This document shows positions 29,478 to 41,640 of a stretch of 64,000 nucleotides of DNA, one piece after another; positions within the stretch are counted from its first letter, which is position 1, and each line of letters begins with the position of its first letter. The stretch covers positions 24,022 through 88,021 of the forward strand of contig CAYSOA010000005.1 in the NCBI GenBank assembly GCA_964432565.1. The letters run 5' to 3'. Source of the DNA: an uncultured Bacteriovorax sp. (GTDB lineage: Bacteria; Bdellovibrionota; UBA1018). A model generated the notes under the pieces. It saw nothing but the letters and a program-made list of their open reading frames with translations, had not been told where the DNA came from and ran no database searches. Made by a program: the position numbers and the translations under genes.

Positions 29478-30598
29478 TGGAAACGATTCTTTCGATTTGG
29501 ACACAAAATGCCGAGTTCATCATCACTGCCGTCAAGGCGGTGGTGGTGGCCCTGACCTTGCTGCAGGTAGTGCCTTTGATGGTCTGGCTGGAGCGGCGCG
29601 GCTCAGCAGTCATGCAGAAGCGACTCGGACCGAATCGTCTCGGACCACTCGGTCTGTTTCAGGGGATCGCCGACGGAATCAAGGCTGTGTTCAAGGAGGA
29701 CAATCCTCCGGCGCATGTGCATAAGTTCTTTTACCGGCTGGCCCCGGTCGTCTGCCTGATTCCAGCCTACATGACTTTTGCCGTGATTCCTTTTGCGAGC
29801 TCCATCACGATCGGCGGCTACGTCATCAACTTCCAGATAGCCGACCTAAACGTGGGCTTTCTCTACATCTTTTCGATCGCATCGCTCGGCGTCTACGGGA
29901 TCATCATGGCGGGGTGGTCCTCGAACAACAAGTACTCGCTACTCGGAAGCCTGCGCTCGTCGGCACAGATGATCAGCTATGAACTTTCGCTCGGGCTGTC
30001 GGTGATCGGCATCCTGATGATTTTCTCCAGCGTGCGCCTCGGAGACATCGTGCTTCAGCAGGGAGAGTTGCTGCTCCAGCTCGGACCATTGTCGATTCCG
30101 AAGTGGGGTTTCTTCGTTCAGCCAGTGGGTTTTCTGATCTTTCTGGTTTCGGCTTATGCCGAGACCAATCGCCTCCCCTTTGACCTTCCTGAGGGTGAGT
30201 CGGAGATCGTAGCCGGCTATCACCTCGAATATGGTTCGATGCACTTCGCGCTGTTCATGATGGCCGAGTACATCAACATGACGGTGGCGGCGGCCTTGAC
30301 GGTGACCCTGTTCTTTGGCGGCTGGCAGATGCTGCCGGGGATGCCGGCACTTCACAGTCTTCTGGTGGAGAATCTCGGCCTCGTCGGTCTTGCTTCGGAT
30401 GCCGTCCGAGTGCTGTTCGAGCTGGGCTCCTTTGTAATGAAGACCGCGTTCTTCCTGTGGCTCTTCGTCTGGGTTCGCTGGACGCTTCCGCGATTTCGTT
30501 ATGACCAGCTGATGGATCTCGGATGGCGGGTGATGCTGCCGTTGTCGTTGCTCAATATCTTCGTTACCGGCGTTTTGATTTACTACAAGGTGGTTTGA
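29477..30598 (+). CDS. nuoH: NADH-quinone oxidoreductase subunit H
   Basis: LERRGSAVMQKRLGPNRLGPLGLFQGIADGIK. ATG 29477 overlaps the nuoG stop. Confidence 0.9.
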   Translation: METILSIWTQNAEFIITAVKAVVVALTLLQVVPLMVWLERRGSAVMQKRLGPNRLGPLGLFQGIADGIKAVFKEDNPPAHVHKFFYRLAPVVCLIPAYMTFAVIPFASSITIGGYVINFQIADLNVGFLYIFSIASLGVYGIIMAGWSSNNKYSLLGSLRSSAQMISYELSLGLSVIGILMIFSSVRLGDIVLQQGELLLQLGPLSIPKWGFFVQPVGFLIFLVSAYAETNRLPFDLPEGESEIVAGYHLEYGSMHFALFMMAEYINMTVAAALTVTLFFGGWQMLPGMPALHSLLVENLGLVGLASDAVRVLFELGSFVMKTAFFLWLFVWVRWTLPRFRYDQLMDLGWRVMLPLSLLNIFVTGVLIYYKVV

Positions 30599-30600
30599 AG

Positions 30601-31041
30601 ATGATCGTTAAGAACAAGCCAGGTTTTTTCCAGCGATTCTACCTTCTCGAGGCCGTCAAGGGCCTGAAGATCACGATCTCGAAGATCTTCCAGAAGAAAG
30701 TGACGATTCAATATCCCGAAGAACGTCGCGAGTACTCGGAGCGGTACCGAGGAATGCACTACATCAAGTCCGTCAATGGCGTCGAGAACTGCACGGCATG
30801 CATGCTGTGCCCGACGGTTTGTCCGGCGGAATGCATCCACATCGAGGCCGGTGAACGGGATGACAAGGAGAAGTACCCCATCAAGTTCGAGATCGACTCC
30901 TTGCGCTGCTGCTTTTGCGGCATGTGTGAAGAGGCCTGCCCAAAAGACGCGATCAAGCTCAGCAATATCTACGAAATGAGCCAGACCACCCGTGAGGCGT
31001 GGGACAAGGAATACCTCATGGAACAGCGAGGCCATAAATGA
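30601..31041 (+). CDS. nuoI: NADH-quinone oxidoreductase subunit I
   Basis: Two 4Fe-4S motifs (CTACMLCPTVCP and CCFCGMCEEACP). ATG at 30601. Confidence 0.85.
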   Translation: MIVKNKPGFFQRFYLLEAVKGLKITISKIFQKKVTIQYPEERREYSERYRGMHYIKSVNGVENCTACMLCPTVCPAECIHIEAGERDDKEKYPIKFEIDSLRCCFCGMCEEACPKDAIKLSNIYEMSQTTREAWDKEYLMEQRGHK

Positions 31042-31616
31042 GTTCGGTTTCTCCTCTCGCCTTTTATATGTTTGCTGGCGCGGCACTGGCGTTTTCGCTG
31101 ATGACGGTATTGAAAAAGAATCCCGTCGCCAGCGCGTTCAGTCTGGTCATGGTTTTCTTCTCGCTGGCGGGGATCTATGCCTCTCTTGGAGCCCACCTGC
31201 TGGCCGCGCTTCAGATCCTCGTTTACGCGGGGGCGATCATGGTGCTGTTCGTCTTCGTGGTGATGTTGCTGAATTCCGACAGTCCGTCGTTTGACCTTCG
31301 TCGTACGCCGGCGTCTTTCCGTGTAGCGGCGGGAATCGTCTGCATCGGTCTGCTTGGCCTGTTTGTAAAGGTCTTCAAGTCGGCGCCTCAAACTGCGCCG
31401 ATCGGAGCGTTCGACCGTAGTGCCGTGGATGTTGCCGGTGGGAACACCCAAGTGATCGCCGAGCTGATGTTCTCAGAGTACATCCTGCCGTTCGAGCTCA
31501 CCTCGGTGCTGCTGCTTGCGGCAATCGTGGGAGCCGTTGCGCTCGCAAAGAGGCATTCGGTCAGCGTGACGAAGCCAGCAAGAAAGGGATCCGCAGATGT
31601 CGTTGCCAGTCGTTGA
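31038..31616 (+). CDS. nuoJ: NADH-quinone oxidoreductase subunit J
   Basis: 192 aa hydrophobic, in canonical operon position. Confidence 0.8.
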   Translation: MSSVSPLAFYMFAGAALAFSLMTVLKKNPVASAFSLVMVFFSLAGIYASLGAHLLAALQILVYAGAIMVLFVFVVMLLNSDSPSFDLRRTPASFRVAAGIVCIGLLGLFVKVFKSAPQTAPIGAFDRSAVDVAGGNTQVIAELMFSEYILPFELTSVLLLAAIVGAVALAKRHSVSVTKPARKGSADVVASR

Positions 31617-31911
31617 ACCCTGGGTCGTGCTTTCGCTTTCGGCTGCAATCTTTTTTATTGGGCTTTTTGGCCTGGTGGTGCGCCGAAACCTGCTCATCAT
31701 CATGATGTCGATCGAGCTCATGCTGAACGCCGTAAATCTCTCTTATGTGAGTTTTTCGGCCCAGTTGTCCTCGATGATCGGCCAGATGTCGGTGTTTTTC
31801 ATCATTGTCGTGGCTGCAGCCGAGGCCGCCGTCGGCCTTGGACTGGTCATCGCGCTTTACCGCACCCTCAAGACCGTCGACACCGACGACATCACTCTCC
31901 TAAAGGACTGA
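31597..31911 (+). CDS. nuoK: NADH-quinone oxidoreductase subunit K
   Basis: 104 aa with the conserved glutamates in MSIELMLNA and AAAEAAVG. Confidence 0.85.
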   Translation: MSLPVVEPWVVLSLSAAIFFIGLFGLVVRRNLLIIMMSIELMLNAVNLSYVSFSAQLSSMIGQMSVFFIIVVAAAEAAVGLGLVIALYRTLKTVDTDDITLLKD

Positions 31912-31915
31912 TGCC

Positions 31916-33883
31916 ATGCTGAAGCTGATTCCGCTCTTTCCTCTGCTTGGATTTCTGGTCAATGGGCTCTGGTACGCGCTTTTCCAGACTCGTCCCGGTG
32001 CAAAGAAGGCTTCTTCAGCCGTTGCCGGTGGAATTGCCAGTGCCGCGATTCTTGGATCATTCATCGTCAGCCTGAAGGTCTTTCTTCAGCTCAAGGGGAT
32101 GCCCTCGGAGAGTCGGGTTCTTGAGGAGACGCTGTTCTCCTGGATTCAGGTCGGGGACCTGAATGTTCCCATGACCCTCAGGGTGGATGCGCTGTCGACG
32201 CTATTCACGCTCGTCATCAGCGGTGTGGGATTCCTGATCCACGTCTATTCCATTGGCTACATGAGTCATGACGAGAGTCCGGGAAAGTTCTTTACGTATC
32301 TGAATCTGTTTTGCTTCGCGATGCTCATGCTGGTGATGGGCGCCAACCTTCCGATTCTGTTTCTGGGTTGGGAGGGCGTCGGACTGTGTAGCTATCTGCT
32401 GATCGGGTACTGGTACACGGACGACGAGAAGGCCTCAGCCGGGAAGAAGGCGTTCGTGGTCAACCGGATTGGTGACCTCGGCTTCTTGCTCGGAATGTTT
32501 TTGATTTTCACCACCTTTCAGACGCTCGACTTCACCGAGATCCGTCAGGCGTTTGCCAACAGCCCGACCGGAGTTCTGCCAGCCGGGGTGACGTTCGCCA
32601 CCTTGTCTGCGATCGGACTGTTCCTGTTCGTCGGGTGCATGGGCAAGTCTGCACAGGTCCCCCTTTATGTCTGGCTGCCCGACGCGATGGCCGGACCTAC
32701 TCCCGTTTCTGCGCTGATTCACGCGGCGACGATGGTGACCTCCGGCATCTATCTGGTCGCGAGGCTTAACTTTCTCTACAATCTGGCTCCCGCCGCCAGC
32801 GTGGTGATGGCCGGCATCGGCGCCTTTACCGCATTTCTTGCCGCGACCATTGCCATCACACAGACGGACATTAAGAAGGTGCTGGCCTACTCGACCGTGT
32901 CCCAGCTGGGGTACATGTTTCTGGCCTGCGGTGTTGGGGGCTACGTGGCAGGCGTCTTTCACGTCATTACTCATGCCTTCTTCAAGGCGCTCCTGTTTCT
33001 GGGGGCGGGTAGCGTGATTCACGGCATGCACGAGGAGCAGGACATCCTGAAAATGGGTGGCCTTCGATCGAAGATGCCCCAGACCTTTCTGGTCTTTCTG
33101 ATCGCTTGGCTAGCCATCTGCGGCCTTCCGCCGTTTTCAGGATTCTTTTCGAAGGATGAAATTCTGTGGCTTTCGTTCGCGTCGATGAAGGGCACCAAGG
33201 TGCTCTGGGCGCTAGGGGCAGGAACAGCCGTAATGACGGCATTCTACATGAGCCGACTTTTCTTCCTGACCTTCATGGGCAAGCCGCGAACCGAGGCAGC
33301 CGGGCATGCTCATGAGTCGCCATTCGTCATGACGGGACCTCTTTGGGTACTGGCGATCTTGAGTGCTCTTGGTGGCTTCATGGGCGTGCCTGCGGTCATT
33401 TCCGAGGTATTCGGGGCCCATGACGCCAATTGGCTCGCGCACTGGCTGGATCCCGTGGTTCCACACGCGGTACAGCTTCAGCCGGGAATGGGGCATGGAA
33501 CGGAGTGGGCATTGATGGGCCTGAGTGTTGCGGGCGCCGTCCTCGGGATCTTCCTCGCTCGAAACCTGTATTCTGATCTGGCGAAGGCATCGGCCCTTCA
33601 GCAGAAGTTCCGCACCCTTCACCGGATCCTCAGCCACAAGTGGTATGTCGACGAGCTCTACTCGCTGCTTTTTGTCCGACCTTTGGTCAACTTTTCGAAG
33701 GCTCTCTGGAAGAGCGTTGATGTGCTGATCATCGACGGCCTCGTGAACGGCCTGGGGCGCGTGAGCGCGTGGACAGGACAGACCGTTCGAGTCATCCAGA
33801 CAGGCTCGATGCAAACTTATGCGATCATGGCCCTGCTGGGGCTGCTTATTACCGTGGGGTACCTTGTTTATGGCCTGGCTTGA
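31916..33883 (+). CDS. nuoL: NADH-quinone oxidoreductase subunit L
   Basis: 655 aa with FLGWEGVGLCSYLLIGYWY. Confidence 0.9.
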   Translation: MLKLIPLFPLLGFLVNGLWYALFQTRPGAKKASSAVAGGIASAAILGSFIVSLKVFLQLKGMPSESRVLEETLFSWIQVGDLNVPMTLRVDALSTLFTLVISGVGFLIHVYSIGYMSHDESPGKFFTYLNLFCFAMLMLVMGANLPILFLGWEGVGLCSYLLIGYWYTDDEKASAGKKAFVVNRIGDLGFLLGMFLIFTTFQTLDFTEIRQAFANSPTGVLPAGVTFATLSAIGLFLFVGCMGKSAQVPLYVWLPDAMAGPTPVSALIHAATMVTSGIYLVARLNFLYNLAPAASVVMAGIGAFTAFLAATIAITQTDIKKVLAYSTVSQLGYMFLACGVGGYVAGVFHVITHAFFKALLFLGAGSVIHGMHEEQDILKMGGLRSKMPQTFLVFLIAWLAICGLPPFSGFFSKDEILWLSFASMKGTKVLWALGAGTAVMTAFYMSRLFFLTFMGKPRTEAAGHAHESPFVMTGPLWVLAILSALGGFMGVPAVISEVFGAHDANWLAHWLDPVVPHAVQLQPGMGHGTEWALMGLSVAGAVLGIFLARNLYSDLAKASALQQKFRTLHRILSHKWYVDELYSLLFVRPLVNFSKALWKSVDVLIIDGLVNGLGRVSAWTGQTVRVIQTGSMQTYAIMALLGLLITVGYLVYGLA

Positions 33884-35423
33884 TTCTCACCTGCTGACGA
33901 TCCTCACGTTCTTTCCGCTGGTTTGGGCGCTTGCGGGCCTGGTGCTGCCGGAGGGCTCCAAGGGGGGGACGGCGAAGGTTTGGGCGTTCGTTGGAAGTCT
34001 CCTGACCTTTTGGCTTTCCTGGCTGATGTACACTCGTTTTCAGGTCGGAACCGCGGAGTTCCAGTTCGGGGAGCTTTTCCCCTGGATTCCCGGGCTCGGT
34101 GTTCATTACCGCCTCGGGGTGGACGGCATCAGTCTGTGGCTGATCATGCTGACGACTTTTCTGATGCCGATTGTGGTGCTGGGTTCGTTCTCGGCGGTTG
34201 AGAACCGGATCAAGGAGTTCTTTTTCCTGCTACTGATGCTGGAAACGGGAATGCTGGGTGCCTTCGTGGCACTCGATGGCTTCCTCTTCTACGTATTCTG
34301 GGAGTTTATGCTGATCCCGATGTACTTTCTGATCGGAATCTGGGGTGGCAAGGATCGGATTTACGCAGCGACGAAGTTCTTCATCTATACGATGGTAGGA
34401 TCCTTGCTGATGCTGGTGGCCTTGTTCTATCTGGTGAGCCAGCACCAGCTTCAGTTCGGCACCTATTCGGCGGCGATTCAGGACCTCTATCGCCTGAAAC
34501 TGGATGGTGCCGGTTGGCTCTCCACCCAGGGGCTCCTATTTTTGGCGTTCGCCCTGGCGTTTGCCATCAAAGTCCCTCTTTTTCCGCTTCATACCTGGCT
34601 TCCTGATGCACACGTTCAGGCCCCTACGGCGGGCTCGGTGGTGCTGGCCGGGGTGCTGCTCAAAATGGGAGGCTACGGTTTTCTCCGGCTCGCCTTCCCA
34701 CTTTTTCCCGAGGCGGTGGCTCAGTACCAGATGGTGTTCATGGGTCTCGGCGCAATCGCCATCGTTTATGGTGCATGGGTGGCCATGGTCCAGCCCGACA
34801 TCAAAAAGCTCGTGGCCTACTCCTCGGTATCGCACATGGGTTATGTCGTCATTGGGCTTTTCTCGCTCAATGGGGTTGGCGTGAGTGGGTCGATTTACCA
34901 GATGCTCAACCACGGGATTTCCACGGGAGCGTTGTTCCTCCTTGTGGGAATGATCTACGAGCGCCGGCATACGCGGGAGATCAGTGAGTTCGGCGGCCTC
35001 ACCAAGGTCATGCCGCTCTTCGCCGTTTCTTTTCTGATCATCACGCTGTCCTCGATTGCCCTGCCGGGAACCAATGGGTTTGTTGGCGAATTCCTGATTC
35101 TCCTCGGCACCTGGAAGGCAAGCCCCTGGACGGCGGCGATTGCCGGAACAGGGGTGATTTTCGGTGCGGTCTATATGCTCTGGATGTTCCAGCGAGTGAT
35201 GTTCGGTCCGCTCAAGAATCCAGAAAATGAGAAACTTCGGGACTTGAGCTTGCGCGAGGTCGTGGTGCTCCTGCCCCTGCTTTTCATGGCAATCTGGATG
35301 GGCGTGAAACCGAATCTGTTTTTCGCCAAGATGGACGCCTCCGTGGCAGCATTCCTCGAGCGGACCTCCGTCAACCGCACCGAGCTTCAGTCGCCTGATG
35401 AGGCGCGAACGAGCAAGATTTGA
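33870..35423 (+). CDS. nuoM: NADH-quinone oxidoreductase subunit M
   Basis: FWEFMLIPMYFLIGIWGG and AFAIKVPLFPLHTWLPDAH. ATG 33870 overlaps the nuoL stop. Confidence 0.9.
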   Translation: MAWLDSHLLTILTFFPLVWALAGLVLPEGSKGGTAKVWAFVGSLLTFWLSWLMYTRFQVGTAEFQFGELFPWIPGLGVHYRLGVDGISLWLIMLTTFLMPIVVLGSFSAVENRIKEFFFLLLMLETGMLGAFVALDGFLFYVFWEFMLIPMYFLIGIWGGKDRIYAATKFFIYTMVGSLLMLVALFYLVSQHQLQFGTYSAAIQDLYRLKLDGAGWLSTQGLLFLAFALAFAIKVPLFPLHTWLPDAHVQAPTAGSVVLAGVLLKMGGYGFLRLAFPLFPEAVAQYQMVFMGLGAIAIVYGAWVAMVQPDIKKLVAYSSVSHMGYVVIGLFSLNGVGVSGSIYQMLNHGISTGALFLLVGMIYERRHTREISEFGGLTKVMPLFAVSFLIITLSSIALPGTNGFVGEFLILLGTWKASPWTAAIAGTGVIFGAVYMLWMFQRVMFGPLKNPENEKLRDLSLREVVVLLPLLFMAIWMGVKPNLFFAKMDASVAAFLERTSVNRTELQSPDEARTSKI

Positions 35424-35434
35424 AGGGATTTGAA

Positions 35435-36970
35435 ATGGAACAAGCTCTCACCACGATTCGTCCTGAACTTCTTTCCATGACCCATGCACAGATGGCGGCC
35501 CTAGGGCCCTGGATCTGGGCCGTCGGCGGAAGTCTGGTCATGATGCTGGCCTCGGTGCTCTTCAAGTCCCAGAAGGGCATCGTTCCCACGTTTCTGATTC
35601 TCTTTGCCGCGGGAGCTGCATGGAGCTCGGGGTTGCTGATGGACTCGAGTGAGCAGCTTCTCTTCAACCGAATGATGGCGGTGGATCGGCTGACGCTGGT
35701 TTCGATCATCCTTTTTTCTGTGGCCGCGATCGTGACCACTCTGGTTTCAATGAAGTACCTCGATCGCGAGGGGCTTCAGCACCCGGAATACTACATTCTG
35801 ATGCTCTTCTCGATGGTGGGGATGATGAACATGGTTTCCGCCCTCGACCTGGTGGTGATCTTCATCGCCCTCGAGCTGATGTCCATTTCTGTCTACGTGC
35901 TGGTCGGGTTTCGCAGGGCGGATCGCCGGAGCAACGAAGCGGCAGTGAAGTACTTTGTTCTCGGCGGCGCGGCTTCTGCCATCTTCCTTTATGGGACGGC
36001 CCTGCTCTACGGGGCAACCGGTTCGATCCAGCTGCAGGAGATTTTGTCCGCTGCGCGGCAGGGTGCGGTCGGTGGCTCGATGCTCTTCGTGCTCGGGGCT
36101 GCGCTAGTTCTCTTTGGGTTCCTGTTCAAGGTGGCCGCGTTTCCCTTTCACATGTGGATGCCGGACGTCTATGAGGGAGCTCCGGCGCCCATTACCGGAT
36201 TTATGACCACCGGGATCAAAGCGGCCTCGTTTGTTACCTTCGTTCGCGTCCTCGATGGTTTGGGTTACGCAAATGGCCTGGGTGAGGCGCTTCAGCGTCA
36301 CCTGCATGACATTCTCTGGCTTGCTGCGGCCCTGACGATGCTCATTGGAAATCTGGTGGCTCTGGCCCAGGTGAATCTCAAGCGGATGCTGGCCTACTCG
36401 TCAATCGCTCACACCGGGTATTTGCTGGTTGGCCTGGTGGCCGGTGCCGGACAGGGCCCGGTGTTCCTGTATCTTTTGGCCTATACGCTCATGAACCTCG
36501 GTGCCTTTGCAGTTCTCTCGGTTATGGCTCGCCGCGGGGATGCAGGCGTCAATCTGCACGACATGGCGGGACTGGCGCAGCGACGCCCCTTTCTTGCGCT
36601 GGCCATGTCGATCTTCCTTTTTTCGATGGCCGGAGTGCCGCCGACGGCCGGCTTTGCCGCCAAATATCTGTTACTCTCGTCGGCAGTTCAGTCCGGCGAG
36701 ATCTGGCTTACGGTCATTGCCGTGCTGTGTAGTGCCATTTCCGTGTACTATTACCTGAGAGTGCTCGTGTTCATGTACATGCGCGAGCCTGCAGCAGAGG
36801 CCGGAACCATTCCGCGGTCGTGGATGACGGCGGGAGCGATTCTGGCGATGGTGCTGCTGACCCTGCAGATCGGAGTCTTCCCCTCATCGGTGGTGGAGAC
36901 CGCACGATCCCTGCAGGGAAGCGCGGCACTGGTCCATACGGCTCCTGCAGGCACCACCGCCGCTCGTTGA
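35435..36970 (+). CDS. nuoN: NADH-quinone oxidoreductase subunit N
   Basis: IALELMSISVYVLVGF. ATG 35435 follows SD AAGGGA (the ORF track uses TTG 35420). Confidence 0.85.
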   Translation: MEQALTTIRPELLSMTHAQMAALGPWIWAVGGSLVMMLASVLFKSQKGIVPTFLILFAAGAAWSSGLLMDSSEQLLFNRMMAVDRLTLVSIILFSVAAIVTTLVSMKYLDREGLQHPEYYILMLFSMVGMMNMVSALDLVVIFIALELMSISVYVLVGFRRADRRSNEAAVKYFVLGGAASAIFLYGTALLYGATGSIQLQEILSAARQGAVGGSMLFVLGAALVLFGFLFKVAAFPFHMWMPDVYEGAPAPITGFMTTGIKAASFVTFVRVLDGLGYANGLGEALQRHLHDILWLAAALTMLIGNLVALAQVNLKRMLAYSSIAHTGYLLVGLVAGAGQGPVFLYLLAYTLMNLGAFAVLSVMARRGDAGVNLHDMAGLAQRRPFLALAMSIFLFSMAGVPPTAGFAAKYLLLSSAVQSGEIWLTVIAVLCSAISVYYYLRVLVFMYMREPAAEAGTIPRSWMTAGAILAMVLLTLQIGVFPSSVVETARSLQGSAALVHTAPAGTTAAR

Positions 36971-37004
36971 TCGAGCCGGGCCTCTCGACGGGAATTGAGA
37001 GGGC

Positions 37005-40000
37005 ATGGCGGCAAGAACGAGCTCGCAGAAATACAAGATTCGTCTTCGGTCGGGCCGCGTGCTCGGCCCTCTCGACGTGCAGCGTGTTCGCAAGTTGATT
37101 CGTGCGGGACATGTTCGTGGCGACGAACTGGCGAGGGACGCCTCTGGCGGTGACTGGGAGTCGCTGGCCCGTTTTCCCGAGCTGGCGCAGTTACTGCTCG
37201 AGGTGGCCGCCGGTGATCGCCCCATCGCCGGGGTTGATGAGGAGCGATCCACTCCCTCTCTGGCAAGAACACTTCCTCTTGGGTCGGCAAAAACGCAGAT
37301 TCTCGAGCCGACGGCGATTCTGCCCTCCGAGGCTCCCAATGAGCCCGCGCCAGCAACCCTGAGCCTTGAGCTTTCACTTCCCCCGGACGAGCCCGCATCC
37401 TCTACCGCCGGTACGAGCGATGGTGCAACTGCGGCAGTTGGCGAAGTGAAGCCGCAGGGGGTTCAACTGGATCGCTCGGACTCCCCGGATGACCGCACCG
37501 TGGTGGCCTCCGTGTTTGAGGATGATGAAGCGGATGAGACCAATGTGGCGATTGGGCTCGAGGGTGAAGAGCTTCCCCAGCAGGTTAGGATCTCCGAGGA
37601 AAAGACTGTTGTCTTTCAGCGTTCATCGATGTCGAAGCGCCTGCCCGGGAAGGTTTCCGGTAAGGGATCAGAGCGCACCCGCAGAGTCGTTGTGCTGCTC
37701 GGTCTGGTTTTCGTCGCTGTCGAGCTGCTGTCGGACATGGGGTCGACGCGCCGAAAAGCGGTGGAGCGTGCGGATGGGCTTCGTCCCCGTCTCCCCTCGG
37801 CTTCCGAAAAGAATGGGGATCCTGCCACAAGCCAGAAGCTTTATCTGCAGGGGCTTGAGGCCTACCGCATGGACGGCATTCCGGAATATCGGCGCGCGGT
37901 TCAGTATTTCACCCGGGCAGTTGAGGTCGATTCGGAGAATGTGCGAGCGCTGGCCATGCTCGCGTCAAGCTATCTGAACCTCATCGATGTTTCGAACAAG
38001 GATGAAACGTATTTCTCGGTCATCTCCAAGCTGATCGAGCTTTCACGGGCGAAGAACGTTGACCTTACGGAGACACTGATTGCCGAGGTTGAGTTTCTGC
38101 TGTTTTCTCAGCGACCCAGTGCCGCACAAAACAAGCTCATCGAGTACACGCGAACTCACAAAAACTACGATAATATCCTTTTTGTCTATCTTGCGACGAT
38201 TTTGGTGGCTCGCGGTGATTATGCGACCGCGGCGCGGTATCTCGCGCCTCTTGGTGATGACCTGCCGTTCAGCATCAAGGTCTACTACACGCGCGGACAG
38301 GTGGCCGAGGGACTTGGCGACAAGGAAGAGGCGCTTCGACAGTATCAAAAAGCCGTGGAGCTCAATCCCCGGCACGGGCTTGCACGCTACCGGATCTTGA
38401 AGATCCTTGAGGACCGCGCCCAACTCAAGGAGGGTCGGAAGCACTTGAGCTTCCTGACGCGCCAGCTTGGCCTCCTTCCCCACACCCAGCAGGCGCGTGT
38501 TTATTCGTGGCGTGCCACACTCGAAGAGTCGGACGGCCGCATCGACGTGGCGCTGGGACTGGTGGAGCGGGCGCTGCGACTCGACTCGGACGTCGCCGCG
38601 TATCATCTGCAATACTACCTGCTGAGGTCGCGCGCCGGAGATCAGGCGTCATCGACACTCAAGGAGGCGAGACTCTTTTACTATCTGGCCGAGGGTGAGC
38701 GGCTGGCACAGGAAGGCAAAGTCGAAGCAGCTCTTTCGCAGTATCTTGCGGCTCGAAACGAGAATCCCTCCAGTCCGCTTCCGCTGGTCAAGCGGGGCGA
38801 GCTATTCCATCGCGTGAAGCGAGACGTTGTGAATGCCCGCTTGGCCTACAAGAAGGCCGCGGAGCTGGCCCCTCGTGATGTGCAGATCTGGTCGAAGTAT
38901 ATCGAGCTGCTCATTCAGAGCTACGAGTGGGAGGAAGCCTCCAAGGCGATGGCCCGATTTCGAAACCTTCCGGTTCCTCAGGGGATCATCGACAAGGTCT
39001 CGGCAGACTGGCACGCCCGGCAGGGACTGCATGTTCAGGCGCAGGGCCACTACCGGAAGGCGATGTCGCGGACCTATATCGAGCCCGGCGTCTATCTGGC
39101 CTATGGGCAGAGTCTGCTCGCAACGGGAAAGTTCGAGGAGGCGCCCTTCATCTTTTCGCTGGCGCTGCGACAGGATCCCGAGAATCACGAGGCTATTCTC
39201 GGAACGGCCGCCGCTCTCGCAGGCAGTGACGGGATCGATCGAGCCGTGGCTTACCTTCAGGACGAACTTCAAAAGGGCCGTGGAACGCGGGTTGAGCTCC
39301 TTTGCGGAATTGCCTCGCTGTTGATTCAAAAGGGCCGATTGGATCCCGCCGCAGAGTTGATCGAGCAGGCCAAGCGCCTGCGCCCGGATGCGTCCCGTCC
39401 CTGGAGGGTCGAGGCGGAACTGAATCTTGCCAGAGGGGCCGATCGCAAGTTCAAGACTGTGGCAGCGGAGGCTTACCGCGCTTATCTGGATCGCAATCCC
39501 AGCGACGCGACCATGATGTACGAGCGTTACCGGGTACTGGTTGACCTCGAGCGATATGAAGAAGCGGATCACGAGTTGGGGCGTATTTATGAGTCGTATC
39601 CCAAGTTTCCGAGTCTGCACTTCAGCAAGGGGCTGATTTACATGAGGCTTGCCAACTACAAGGCGGCCATTCGCGAGTTTGAGCAGGAGTTGAAGAACGG
39701 AAACACGTCGACCCAGAACCTCGTGGAGCTGGGCAAGGCACATTTGGAGCTTCGGGATGCCGAAAAGGCCCTGGGATATTTCATTCAGGCCATTCGTCGC
39801 AGTCCGGCCGACCCCGAGCCGAAGTTTCAGGCGGGTCGCGCAAATTTTGCGCTCAGCCGCTATGACGCATCCATTGCGATGTATCAGGAGGCACTGAAGA
39901 CGGACGCGGGCAACCCGTTGATCTATCGACACCTCGGTTATGCATTCCGAGCCACGGGAGATCGTGCCAACATGCAGTGGGCGTTTGGAAAGTATCTCGA

Positions 40001-40049
40001 AATGGAGCCCGATGCTGCCGACAAGGCGCAGATCGAGCGAAACCTGTGA
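37005..40049 (+). CDS. Large TPR-repeat protein (1014 aa) with N-terminal globular domain, acidic low-complexity linker and one TM helix
   Basis: N-terminus KIRLRSGRVLGPLDVQRVRKLIRAGHVRGDELARDASGGDWESL. TM helix VVVLLGLVFVAVELL near aa 230. More than 15 TPR-like helical repeats follow. Confidence 0.55.
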   Translation: MAARTSSQKYKIRLRSGRVLGPLDVQRVRKLIRAGHVRGDELARDASGGDWESLARFPELAQLLLEVAAGDRPIAGVDEERSTPSLARTLPLGSAKTQILEPTAILPSEAPNEPAPATLSLELSLPPDEPASSTAGTSDGATAAVGEVKPQGVQLDRSDSPDDRTVVASVFEDDEADETNVAIGLEGEELPQQVRISEEKTVVFQRSSMSKRLPGKVSGKGSERTRRVVVLLGLVFVAVELLSDMGSTRRKAVERADGLRPRLPSASEKNGDPATSQKLYLQGLEAYRMDGIPEYRRAVQYFTRAVEVDSENVRALAMLASSYLNLIDVSNKDETYFSVISKLIELSRAKNVDLTETLIAEVEFLLFSQRPSAAQNKLIEYTRTHKNYDNILFVYLATILVARGDYATAARYLAPLGDDLPFSIKVYYTRGQVAEGLGDKEEALRQYQKAVELNPRHGLARYRILKILEDRAQLKEGRKHLSFLTRQLGLLPHTQQARVYSWRATLEESDGRIDVALGLVERALRLDSDVAAYHLQYYLLRSRAGDQASSTLKEARLFYYLAEGERLAQEGKVEAALSQYLAARNENPSSPLPLVKRGELFHRVKRDVVNARLAYKKAAELAPRDVQIWSKYIELLIQSYEWEEASKAMARFRNLPVPQGIIDKVSADWHARQGLHVQAQGHYRKAMSRTYIEPGVYLAYGQSLLATGKFEEAPFIFSLALRQDPENHEAILGTAAALAGSDGIDRAVAYLQDELQKGRGTRVELLCGIASLLIQKGRLDPAAELIEQAKRLRPDASRPWRVEAELNLARGADRKFKTVAAEAYRAYLDRNPSDATMMYERYRVLVDLERYEEADHELGRIYESYPKFPSLHFSKGLIYMRLANYKAAIREFEQELKNGNTSTQNLVELGKAHLELRDAEKALGYFIQAIRRSPADPEPKFQAGRANFALSRYDASIAMYQEALKTDAGNPLIYRHLGYAFRATGDRANMQWAFGKYLEMEPDAADKAQIERNL

Positions 40050-40057
40050 TAGGGTGA

Positions 40058-41395
<1,338 letters not shown>

Positions 41396-41469
41396 GCGCG
41401 TCTTGACAGCACGCCCGTTGGGCTGAGACACCCTTGGAATCGATCGACCCCGATTCCTGTCCTGATTGC

Positions 41470-41560
<91 letters not shown>

Positions 41561-41640
41561 TAATCCCTTAGGTTTCAAAGGGTTATGTGCCACCTTTTTT
41601 GCTGCACCGAATCATTGTAAGGGTAAAGACCGAGGAGTTC

